A stretch of DNA of 64,000 nucleotides from Candidatus Micrarchaeota archaeon CG1_02_47_40 (GTDB taxonomy: Archaea > Micrarchaeota > Micrarchaeia > Anstonellales > CG1-02-47-40), in assembly GCA_001871475.1 (NCBI GenBank), contig MNVE01000016.1, forward strand, positions 197,343 through 261,342, read 5' to 3'. Within the stretch, counting starts at the first letter, position 1. The number at the start of each line of letters is the position of its first letter. Position numbers and translations under genes: made by a program. The notes under the pieces were generated by a model. That model was not told where the DNA came from. It ran no database searches and was given only the letters and a program-made list of their open reading frames with translations. This document shows, one piece after another, positions 33,808 to 42,031 of this stretch.

Positions 33808-36107
33808 TACACTGCAAGCTCTACTGCTATTGGACCCTGTGTTGTCCTGTTGCTGAAGCAGATTGTACAGGGAGTTAAGTTTGTATTAAGCTTGAAATGT
33901 TCCTCGAGATTGACTGAGTTTGAAATGGGAGACGAACGCACAGTAATGCCGTTTTCAAAGCCATAGGTAACGCGCATGCCGTGCCTTGATTCCCCAAGGA
34001 AATCGGCATTGCCAACTAAACCGAGATTGGCGGAAGTCAGACTTAATGCCCCGCCTATTTTTATCTCTGGGGTCATCCTTGTCGGTTCTAAAATGAAAAT
34101 TGAATGCGAAAACGGTTGGATTTGCTCTTTCGCAACGAAACGCATTCCGCCGCTAAACGGAAGTTGAATGTATCCGAAGGGGAATGCGCTCTCCAGCAAT
34201 TTTTTCACGGAAGGCAAACCAGCATATTCGAGAATTCCGTCCGGGGGTTGGATTCCGAAGGAATTCTTGAATGCAAATGCATTGCATTCGGACATGAGTG
34301 AAAGAAGGTATTCTTCGCCTAAAAGTTCGTCTTTACAGCATATCCTGATTCCAAGACTGGAAAGTTTTTTTTGTCCGAAATCTTTTTCGATTGTTGCCAG
34401 TCGGTTCCGTATTCTTAAATCGGTTGGCGAGGTTTGTGCGATAATGGCTGATGAGCGGATTTTCGATTTCAAAAGCCCTGTTATTGCTTCGCTCCAGCTT
34501 TCCTTGCCGGGGGCAATGTCAGACAAAAACCCTTCGGAGATTATGCAACAGGAAATTTTATTCTTTTCAGTGACTAGTATGCCGGGTAGTGACTCGGAAT
34601 CCGTGACTTTGATTACCGCCATCCCTTCGATGTCCAGTTTTTGCAGAATTGTTTTTATGTGTGCATCCAACATTTCCGAGAACGGCCAGTCATTGTCAAT
34701 GACCAGAATTACTGTGTCGTGGTGGTTTTGTGTTGCGATATTTGGATAAAGCCCGGTTATCTGCCTTGTGGTGTCGACATCAAAAATGCGCTCTCCTGGC
34801 CGATTGGTAAAGTCGGAATATGCAAAATTCTTGAGCCCGTCGACAAGTGATGGAGGGAAGTAATTGAATATTTTGATTATTTTTGATTTTACTTCCGATG
34901 TAACGGACTTATCCTTTATTTTTTCGAAAAGGACTTCATAGATTTGTCGGTATTCGGAAGGCGGCAGTTTGTAATCGTGCATCCCCTCAAGGATGACCAG
35001 ATATGTGTCAAGAAGCGAATCTAGAATTCTGTCTTGCATCTTTAAACTCTCAAAAATTAAATCCCTTAACGGCTGGGAATTCGCAAAAACGAATCTAAGA
35101 AGCGCCGTTCTGATTGTTTCGTCTATGCGTTGGTTTGAGATTATCGAATTGGCGAATTCTGCTGGATTGGAGGTAAGAAAAGTTGAGAATGGCTTGCTTT
35201 TCAGCGTGCGCAGAACCGCTTCATAATTTCTGCCTCCGTTTCTCGAAAGGATGCCTAAAAGGCAGGTAGAAATGGATTTGATTGCGCCGGTATTGTCTTT
35301 AAATGGTGCGCAAAGGCGCAGAACAGCCTGCATAGCGGCTTCGCGCAACTCTTTGGAATCGTGTATGAGAAGTTCCATCAATAATAGTATGTCTGCACTT
35401 GTTCCAATTGAGGATAATGCGCCTATCGCGTATTTTGCAAGCGCAGTTCCCTTTGCCTGTCGGTCGATTATGTTTGTCATGAGTGCTATTCGTTCTGGTA
35501 TTGGAAGAGATTTGGTTCCAAGAATAGGGCAAAATCGCGATGCTATGTCTCTTTGTGCCTCCGCATCAGGTGCGTTTGCAATATGCGCAAGCCTAATCTT
35601 TGCATTTCGTATGCTCGCTGCGTATGCGCTAGTGTTTGGGTCTTCGGAACCAGTCAGGTAGAGAAGAAGGCTTTTTTCACCTTCTGCGCGCAGTTCAAGG
35701 CCGCGCTTTAGGGTTTCTCTTGAAGCCGTCCTGACATCTTCCTGCGGGAAATTTGAGAGTATCTCCAAAATCATTCCGGACGGAGCTTTTTGCCGGTTCA
35801 GCGCATCAATAAGCATGCTTACTGCCTGCGGATCGGTTTTCCCGATTTTTATTGCAAGAGAAACGGAGGCGGTAGAAACGTAGGTTCCCTCTTTGCTTTC
35901 GGGATGGTTAAGCCCTTTTATTAGTATGGGAACCGCGCCGCTCCCGAGGGTTATCATCTTGGAAAACGCATCTGAATTTCTGCTTTCAAGAAAAATCCCG
36001 TGTTTAAGCAGGGCCTGTTCAAGTTTTTTTATATTGGGGGGCGCCTTCCGGATACCAGTCAAACCTGGCTGGTCCTTGTGCTTTCCCGTATAACCGCATT
36101 CAAACAT
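33801..36107 (-). CDS. large HEAT/ARM-repeat protein, function unknown
   Basis: 768 aa. Repeated helical units such as GSGAVPILIKGLNHPESKEGTYVSTASVSLAIKIGKTDPQAVSMLIDAL resemble PBS-lyase HEAT repeats. Confidence 0.5.
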   Translation of the reverse strand: MFECGYTGKHKDQPGLTGIRKAPPNIKKLEQALLKHGIFLESRNSDAFSKMITLGSGAVPILIKGLNHPESKEGTYVSTASVSLAIKIGKTDPQAVSMLIDALNRQKAPSGMILEILSNFPQEDVRTASRETLKRGLELRAEGEKSLLLYLTGSEDPNTSAYAASIRNAKIRLAHIANAPDAEAQRDIASRFCPILGTKSLPIPERIALMTNIIDRQAKGTALAKYAIGALSSIGTSADILLLMELLIHDSKELREAAMQAVLRLCAPFKDNTGAIKSISTCLLGILSRNGGRNYEAVLRTLKSKPFSTFLTSNPAEFANSIISNQRIDETIRTALLRFVFANSQPLRDLIFESLKMQDRILDSLLDTYLVILEGMHDYKLPPSEYRQIYEVLFEKIKDKSVTSEVKSKIIKIFNYFPPSLVDGLKNFAYSDFTNRPGERIFDVDTTRQITGLYPNIATQNHHDTVILVIDNDWPFSEMLDAHIKTILQKLDIEGMAVIKVTDSESLPGILVTEKNKISCCIISEGFLSDIAPGKESWSEAITGLLKSKIRSSAIIAQTSPTDLRIRNRLATIEKDFGQKKLSSLGIRICCKDELLGEEYLLSLMSECNAFAFKNSFGIQPPDGILEYAGLPSVKKLLESAFPFGYIQLPFSGGMRFVAKEQIQPFSHSIFILEPTRMTPEIKIGGALSLTSANLGLVGNADFLGESRHGMRVTYGFENGITVRSSPISNSVNLEEHFKLNTNLTPCTICFSNRTTQGPIAVELAVYY

Positions 36108-36197
36108 TTCTGATACCTCCTGAAAACCAGTCCTTAATTTGGCATTTTAAGTTTATAATACTGACCGACCATGTAAATTAATACTTTCTTACTAAAA

Positions 36198-37181
36198 TCA
36201 GAGGGTTGGCGGTTTAGCGGATTTATCCGGAGAATGGTTAAGGCTTCTGACAAATGAAACTATTGTTCTAACGACTTCGTTTGGCTTTTCCGTTTTGGCA
36301 ACGTCCCATCTCTGCTCGGTTGCGATTACTCTTATTAGAGAATTGAAAAAGCTCGCGACCATTATCAGTGGGTAGGTAAGCTCTGCCGAAAGGAACGGGA
36401 TTGCCATGCAAATTATAAAATCAGCTGGGGATGTGAAAAGCCATGTCTTTATGGTGTTTATGCGGTAGTTCAGCATTTTGAGAGGGTCTTCGGATTCTGA
36501 TTGCCTTACTCTTTTCTCTATCAGTTTATCCCGGACAAAAATTGCCGCTTTTGAAAAGACCGGCATCCAAATCACCTGGAAAAAACCAAAAAGAAGAAGA
36601 CCTGAAAATATCTTCGGGCCGAATCCGTCCGTCATTGTGCGTATGATGTTCATCGCGTTTGAAGTGCCTATTCCGGAAACCACCCCGCCTACAAACGCCC
36701 CGAGAACAAGCGGGCGCCAGAAGAGCTTTACAAGAAGGTCAAGGGTGCTTTTTTCGTTTCCCCTAAGGGCGAATTGCGCGTAAAACTCGGAAAAGAATGT
36801 GGTCATTGCACCTATCGCCATTGAGTTTAGCGAGAGCACGGCGGGACCAAGCTTGATTAGAGGCGTAGCAAACTGCGATGAAACCTTATCAACCAGCCCC
36901 ACCATTGCAAGCCCATAAAGCGCAATGAAAGAAACACCGAAACCGATATCCTTTGCAGTGCCGGCATGTTTTAAGGCGTTGCCGGGCATATCATGAACTT
37001 CTTTTTTTGTGCTATTCCACGCAAGCGGAGCCGCTTCACGGTAATCGCACACCGCCTTTCTTATTTTATATGGAAGGAGTTTTGAGAAGAACGGATTGCG
37101 GCTATTGCGAATGCCAGTGCTTGTCGAGGCATCGGCTAATGATTGGCGAGTCAAAACTATTGCGTTTGGCGGTGGATGCAT
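36198..37181 (-). CDS. hypothetical polytopic membrane protein
   Basis: 327 aa with about 7 TM segments. Confidence 0.4.
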   Translation of the reverse strand: MHPPPNAIVLTRQSLADASTSTGIRNSRNPFFSKLLPYKIRKAVCDYREAAPLAWNSTKKEVHDMPGNALKHAGTAKDIGFGVSFIALYGLAMVGLVDKVSSQFATPLIKLGPAVLSLNSMAIGAMTTFFSEFYAQFALRGNEKSTLDLLVKLFWRPLVLGAFVGGVVSGIGTSNAMNIIRTMTDGFGPKIFSGLLLFGFFQVIWMPVFSKAAIFVRDKLIEKRVRQSESEDPLKMLNYRINTIKTWLFTSPADFIICMAIPFLSAELTYPLIMVASFFNSLIRVIATEQRWDVAKTEKPNEVVRTIVSFVRSLNHSPDKSAKPPTL

Positions 37182-37735
37182 TCAAATAACCCAGTTGCTT
37201 GTTCCTTTTCCTAAACTGCAGACTTCCATCTATACCCCTAGTATTATGTTGTCAATATTGGAGAATATAATACTTTTGGCTTTAGAAACCGTAAAGTATG
37301 CGGTGGAATAGATGTAGAAAAATGGCAATTCAAACCTAATTCTCACATTTTCTTTCCCGGAAACTTTTCCGGAATCAAATCCTTTATGTTCAAATAAGCT
37401 ATATGGCGCAGTATTGCATCAAGCCCTTTTACGCATTGCATTCACACACCCGCAAGGAGTAGGGAGGAGGAGGGGTTATATCTTGTTGCCAGCTTTTTTT
37501 GAGAAAAGTGGAAAGAAAGCAAGTGAATTTTCTTTTTTACAAAAGAAATTTGAAATATTTTTGTTTTTTACAAGAATAAAGTGAAATTATTTTGTTTTTA
37601 TCAGTTTGCCCTTCAGCATGCCCTTCTACTTGACCTGCGGCCAAGTCTTGACGCCTTCGGCATCAATCGGACATGTCTGTCGGAAACCGTTGTCGGCTTC
37701 GCCGGCAACCCTTCGGTTTCCTCCATCGGGCAAAT

Positions 37736-38449
37736 CTAAAAAACTGCCGGGCAGTTTTTTATCTCCTCAAAGCCCTTTTCTTTCCCAAGTATAAGTAAAT
37801 CGCACTTTGTAAAGATGCCGACCTCCAGCACGCCGGGAATGTTTTTCAGGCGCTCTTCATCCTTTTTTGCGTCAAGCACATCCATGTGCACATCCATGAG
37901 AAAATTCCCGTTATCAGTAATTACCGGCCCGATTTTTCCGCCGGAGCTTTTCCTGACTTCCGAACGCATCCCCATCTTCCTGAAATTGCGCAGAACGAGA
38001 GGGCAGGCAAATTCCATCACTTCAATGGGGACGGCAACGTTTGCAAGCGTCTTATGGTATTTCGTTTCATCGGCAATGAGGATAAATTTCTTTGCGTTGT
38101 AGGCGATTATCTTCTCGCGAGCAAGCGCCCCCCCTCCCCCTTTAATTGAGTTGAGCTTGGCATCCACCGAATCCGCGCCGTCTACTGCCAGGTCAATCTG
38201 CTCAATATGGTCAAGTGAAACGGTGTTGAGTTTTCCAAAGAGCGCAAGCTCGCGCGAATCGTGTGAGGTGCACACCCCTCGTATCCGCTTAAGTTTCCCA
38301 CTTCTGACCTTCTCGCAAAGAAGTTCAATGAAGTATTTTGCAGTTGTGCCGGTGCCAAGCCCGACCACCATATCATCTTTTACGTACGAAAGCGCGGCGC
38401 GCGCGGCATTTTTTTTCTCCAGCTCAAGATTAACCATATTGGGAATCAA
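37736..38449 (-). CDS. rpiA: ribose-5-phosphate isomerase A
   Basis: Contains GLGTGTTAKYFIELL, VDGADSVD and KGGGGALAREK motifs. Confidence 0.85.
   Translation of the reverse strand: MIPNMVNLELEKKNAARAALSYVKDDMVVGLGTGTTAKYFIELLCEKVRSGKLKRIRGVCTSHDSRELALFGKLNTVSLDHIEQIDLAVDGADSVDAKLNSIKGGGGALAREKIIAYNAKKFILIADETKYHKTLANVAVPIEVMEFACPLVLRNFRKMGMRSEVRKSSGGKIGPVITDNGNFLMDVHMDVLDAKKDEERLKNIPGVLEVGIFTKCDLLILGKEKGFEEIKNCPAVF
37738..37763 (-). terminator. hairpin plus T-tract terminator-like element at the rpiA 3' end
   Basis: Perfect palindrome AAAAACTGCC-CGG-GCAGTTTTTT immediately after the rpiA stop. Confidence 0.4.
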
Positions 38450-39783
38450 CTCCGTATCTTATTCATTCTCTCAATCTTGCGGTTTATAAGCGCTTTCGTG
38501 CCGATGTCGCGCCGATGGCGCAGTACTCCGGAAATGGAGGTGCAGCCATCCTCTGAAATGCGCTCCGCTTCGCTTATGCTTCCGGCAATTCCCAAAACCC
38601 CGATTGAGCGGGATTTCTGCGTGTAAATTTTCCCTTCTTTTTCATATACGGATGAGTAGTAAATCTTTGCATTTGACTTTGCAAGCGCTTCCCCGTTTAT
38701 TTTTATTTCCTCGTTTTCCTCTGATTTGCCCGGGTAGCTTTTTGGCACGAGGTATTTGCAGACTGTGGCTTTTTTTGCAAAAGAAATTGGGGTGTCTGCT
38801 AAGGTCCCTTTTGCCATTGATTCCATCACAGAATACAAATCAGCTTCAAGCAATGCAAGCGCGTTCATCGCTTCAGGATCCCCAAAACGCGCGTTGAATT
38901 CTATAACCTTTATCCCTTCCTTTGTTGCGATGAACTGCCCGTACAGAACTCCAGTAAATGAAGAAGATTCGCTTGAGAGTGCCAAAATTGTCTGTTGCAT
39001 AATGGAAACTGCAAAATCATATTCCTCCTGTGAAATGAAGGGAAGAAGGTGGTTTGCATCCGAGTAGGAGCCCATCCCTCCTGTGTTCGGTCCTGTTTCG
39101 TTTTCAAATGCGAGCTTGTGATCCTGAACAAGGAGCATGGGAATGAGCGTCTTTCCGTCGCAGAATGCCTGCAGGGTGAATTCCTCCCCTATGAGCTTTT
39201 CTTCTATAACCAATTCCTTCAGGCCGCCCATGTTTGACTGGAGAATTTCGCGCGCGTATTCCTTCGCCTCTTCTGCATCCTTTAACTGGACACCGACAAC
39301 TTTCACTCCCTTCCCGCCGGTGAGCCCGGAAGGTTTTACCGCTGCCTCGCCTTTCAGCGAATCTATGAATTTTGCCGCTTCATCCGCCCCCTTAAACACC
39401 CCGAATTTCGGGCTGCCGCCTATTGCGTATTTCTTCATCAAATTTCTTGCGAATGATTTGTCCCATTCAACGCGCGAGGCGGATTTTGTGGGTGATGCGC
39501 AGGGAATTCCTTTTGCAATGAGCGCATCGGAAACGCCTGCCTGCAGTGTTGCATCGGGTGAAGAGAAGGAAAGGGAAATTGAGTTTGCAACTGCAAAATT
39601 GACAATGGCGGCGCCATCGCATATATTCCCTATTTCGAATTTTCCGCCTGTTTTTTCGCAGAGTTTTGCGATGCCGGGGTTTTTTGCATTCATGAAAGCA
39701 AAAAGGGAAACGGAATTATTCCTGCAGATTGCCTCTGCTATTGCGTGCTCCCTTGCACCGTTGCCTACAAGAAGAAAGCGCAT
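38446..39783 (-). CDS. purD: phosphoribosylamine--glycine ligase
   Basis: MRFLLVGNGAREHAIAEA is followed by an ATP-grasp core. The ORF's 40-aa N-terminal extension was removed. The start abuts the purF stop. Confidence 0.85.
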   Translation of the reverse strand: MRFLLVGNGAREHAIAEAICRNNSVSLFAFMNAKNPGIAKLCEKTGGKFEIGNICDGAAIVNFAVANSISLSFSSPDATLQAGVSDALIAKGIPCASPTKSASRVEWDKSFARNLMKKYAIGGSPKFGVFKGADEAAKFIDSLKGEAAVKPSGLTGGKGVKVVGVQLKDAEEAKEYAREILQSNMGGLKELVIEEKLIGEEFTLQAFCDGKTLIPMLLVQDHKLAFENETGPNTGGMGSYSDANHLLPFISQEEYDFAVSIMQQTILALSSESSSFTGVLYGQFIATKEGIKVIEFNARFGDPEAMNALALLEADLYSVMESMAKGTLADTPISFAKKATVCKYLVPKSYPGKSEENEEIKINGEALAKSNAKIYYSSVYEKEGKIYTQKSRSIGVLGIAGSISEAERISEDGCTSISGVLRHRRDIGTKALINRKIERMNKIRS

Positions 39784-41228
39784 TATCCCAACTCCTCTTC
39801 CCATATTCTGCATCCCTTCAGTTTGCCGCCTTCTTTTTTTAGTTTTTTTGCAAGCTCCTCGCCTGTTTTGGTAGGGTATTTTCCGTTCAGGCAGCCGGCG
39901 CATATCTTATCCCCAAGCCCGATTGATTCGGCTAAATCATTGAAGTTCTGGAATGCGAGCGAATCCGCACCTATTTTTTTTGCAATCTCTGCAACGGAAT
40001 GGTTTGCAGCTATCAGCTCGGAATAGGTGGGCAAATCAACCCCGTAAAAGCATGGGGCGACTACGGGAGGGCAGGTGATGCGCACGTGCACTTCCCTTGC
40101 GCCCGCGTGCCGGAGCATTTCTATTATCGGGCGCGAGGTGGTGCCGCGCACTATGGAATCGTCTATCATCACCACGCGCTTGCCTTCCACCAAATGCCGC
40201 ACAGCATTCAATTTCAAATTCACCGCATCCTCCCTTTTTGCCTGCGATGGCATGATAAACGTCCTTCCAACGTAGCGGTTCTTCATCAGTCCTTCTATCA
40301 TGGGGATGCCGGAAGCTTCGGAAAAGCCAAGCGCCGCGGGGCGGGCAGTATCTGGCACCGGCACCACTATGTCCGCCTTTGCAGGAGAGCTTTTCGCAAG
40401 CCTTCTTCCCAATTCCACCCGGACTTCATAAACTATCTTTCCGTCTATGTTTGAGTCCGGGCGCGCAAAGTAAATGTATTCGAACATGCAGTGCGCGGGC
40501 TGTTTTTGCAGAACCACCTTGCGCTTCATTGTTCCCTTGCTGACTACCGCCACTTCACCCGGAGCAAGAAAACCGCCCAGCCTCATCCTATTCATGTCAA
40601 GCGCAACCGATTCCGAGGCGAAAATCACCTTTTCGGCATCCTCACCGAAGCAAATCGGCTTTATTCCGTGCGGGTCGCGGAATGCTACCAAATCCCCTTC
40701 CCCTGTAATGAGCACTGTCGCATATGAGCCGTCTATTTTCTCCATGCAGATTTTTGCGGCATTGAAAAAATCGTGCGTTTGCTCGTATGCTGATGCGAAA
40801 ATGTGCAAGATAACTTCCGCGTCGCAGGAGGAGCTTACCATCCTCCCTTGAATGGAAAGCTCGCTTACAAGCTTTGAGTAGTTTGCGATGTTGCCGTTGT
40901 GCGCAAGCGCAATCCCCCTCTTTGGGCTGTGAACCAGCAAAGGCTGTGCATCCTCCTTCGTGCAGCCGCCTATAGTGGGATAGCGCACATGCCCTATTCC
41001 GATGCTTCCGGAAAGGCTTTCCACGCTCTCGCGGTTGAATATGTCCGAAACGAGCCCCACTCCCGTCATGATGCGTATTTTTTTGGAATCGCTTGTGGCA
41101 ATGCCGGCGGAATCCTGCCCGCGGTGCTGGAGCGCGACAAGCCCATTGTATATCCTGAATGAAACGCTGTGCCCTATCTTTGAATAGACTCCAAAAATTC
41201 CGCAGGATTCTTTTTTTTCACAGTTCAT
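39783..41228 (-). CDS. purF: amidophosphoribosyltransferase
   Basis: Contains CGIFGVYS with an N-terminal nucleophile Cys after a short propeptide (MNCEKKES). PRT motif VVMIDDSIVRGTT. A 4Fe-4S Cys cluster is near the C-terminus. Confidence 0.85.
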   Translation of the reverse strand: MNCEKKESCGIFGVYSKIGHSVSFRIYNGLVALQHRGQDSAGIATSDSKKIRIMTGVGLVSDIFNRESVESLSGSIGIGHVRYPTIGGCTKEDAQPLLVHSPKRGIALAHNGNIANYSKLVSELSIQGRMVSSSCDAEVILHIFASAYEQTHDFFNAAKICMEKIDGSYATVLITGEGDLVAFRDPHGIKPICFGEDAEKVIFASESVALDMNRMRLGGFLAPGEVAVVSKGTMKRKVVLQKQPAHCMFEYIYFARPDSNIDGKIVYEVRVELGRRLAKSSPAKADIVVPVPDTARPAALGFSEASGIPMIEGLMKNRYVGRTFIMPSQAKREDAVNLKLNAVRHLVEGKRVVMIDDSIVRGTTSRPIIEMLRHAGAREVHVRITCPPVVAPCFYGVDLPTYSELIAANHSVAEIAKKIGADSLAFQNFNDLAESIGLGDKICAGCLNGKYPTKTGEELAKKLKKEGGKLKGCRIWEEELG

Positions 41229-41229
41229 A

Positions 41230-42024
41230 TTACAACAGCTCCTTTTGAATGTGTTTGACTGCATTCCTGAATATATGGATTCCCATCTGAGATTCCGCCG
41301 ATTCTCCGCGCGCAAAACGCGGATGATTCTCGGGAAAGATGTGGCATTCGGGGTGCGGCATCAGACCGAATACCTTTCCCGTCCTGTCGCACACCCCTGC
41401 TATGCCCTCCTGCGAGCCGTTTGGGTTGGCAGGGTATTCGGTTGCAATCTCTCCGCTTTGACTGCAATACCGCAATGCGATTTGCCCGTTTTCTTCCAGC
41501 CTTCTCATCACTTCCCCATCGCGCGCCATGAACCTTCCCTCTCCGTGCCTGACAGGAAGGTAAATCTTGCTGATGCCTTTTGTGAAGATGCATTTGCTTT
41601 TTTCCTCTTCCTTTAGGCAAACCCACCTGTCCCCAAACTTTCCCGAAGCGTTTGCGTAAAGCGTGGCTTCCTGCGCGTATTTTCCGCCCGTGTTTGGCAG
41701 CAAGCCAACCTTCACCAGTATCTGAAAGCCGTTGCATATTCCGATTATGAGCTTGCCTTGCCGTATGAACCCCTGCATTTCGTCCCAAAGGGAGTATTTG
41801 AGCTTGTTCCCATATGCCCTTCCCGAAGAAATGTCATCCCCGAAGGAAAACCCGCCGGGTATTGCCATGCAGTGGTAGTTTGAAAGGGAATCCTTTTTTG
41901 AGAGCAGGTCGGCCAGATGCACTATTCTTGCTTGCGCTCCTGCAAGCTCAAACGCATATTTTGTTTCTATTTCGCAGTTTATGCCAAATCCCGCCAATAC
42001 CGCGATTTTTGGTTTTTTTTCCAT
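41230..42024 (-). CDS. purQ: phosphoribosylformylglycinamidine synthase subunit I (glutaminase)
   Basis: MEKKPKIAVLAGFGINCE is followed by a GATase-1 triad region (GICNGFQ). Confidence 0.85.
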   Translation of the reverse strand: MEKKPKIAVLAGFGINCEIETKYAFELAGAQARIVHLADLLSKKDSLSNYHCMAIPGGFSFGDDISSGRAYGNKLKYSLWDEMQGFIRQGKLIIGICNGFQILVKVGLLPNTGGKYAQEATLYANASGKFGDRWVCLKEEEKSKCIFTKGISKIYLPVRHGEGRFMARDGEVMRRLEENGQIALRYCSQSGEIATEYPANPNGSQEGIAGVCDRTGKVFGLMPHPECHIFPENHPRFARGESAESQMGIHIFRNAVKHIQKELL

Positions 42025-42031
42025 CTATGCT

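Noticed and set aside
38446-41315. Long N-terminal extensions of the purD (to 39903), purF (to 41315), purM (from 46999), sepF (to 18300) and PRTase (from 46090) ORFs
   Set aside because: The extensions overlap neighbouring genes and lack conservation. Conserved N-termini (MRFLLVGNG, propeptide plus CGIFG, MASTYSDAGIDV, MGIFEKISRG, MHCKKNCMGV) and RBS positions support the internal starts.
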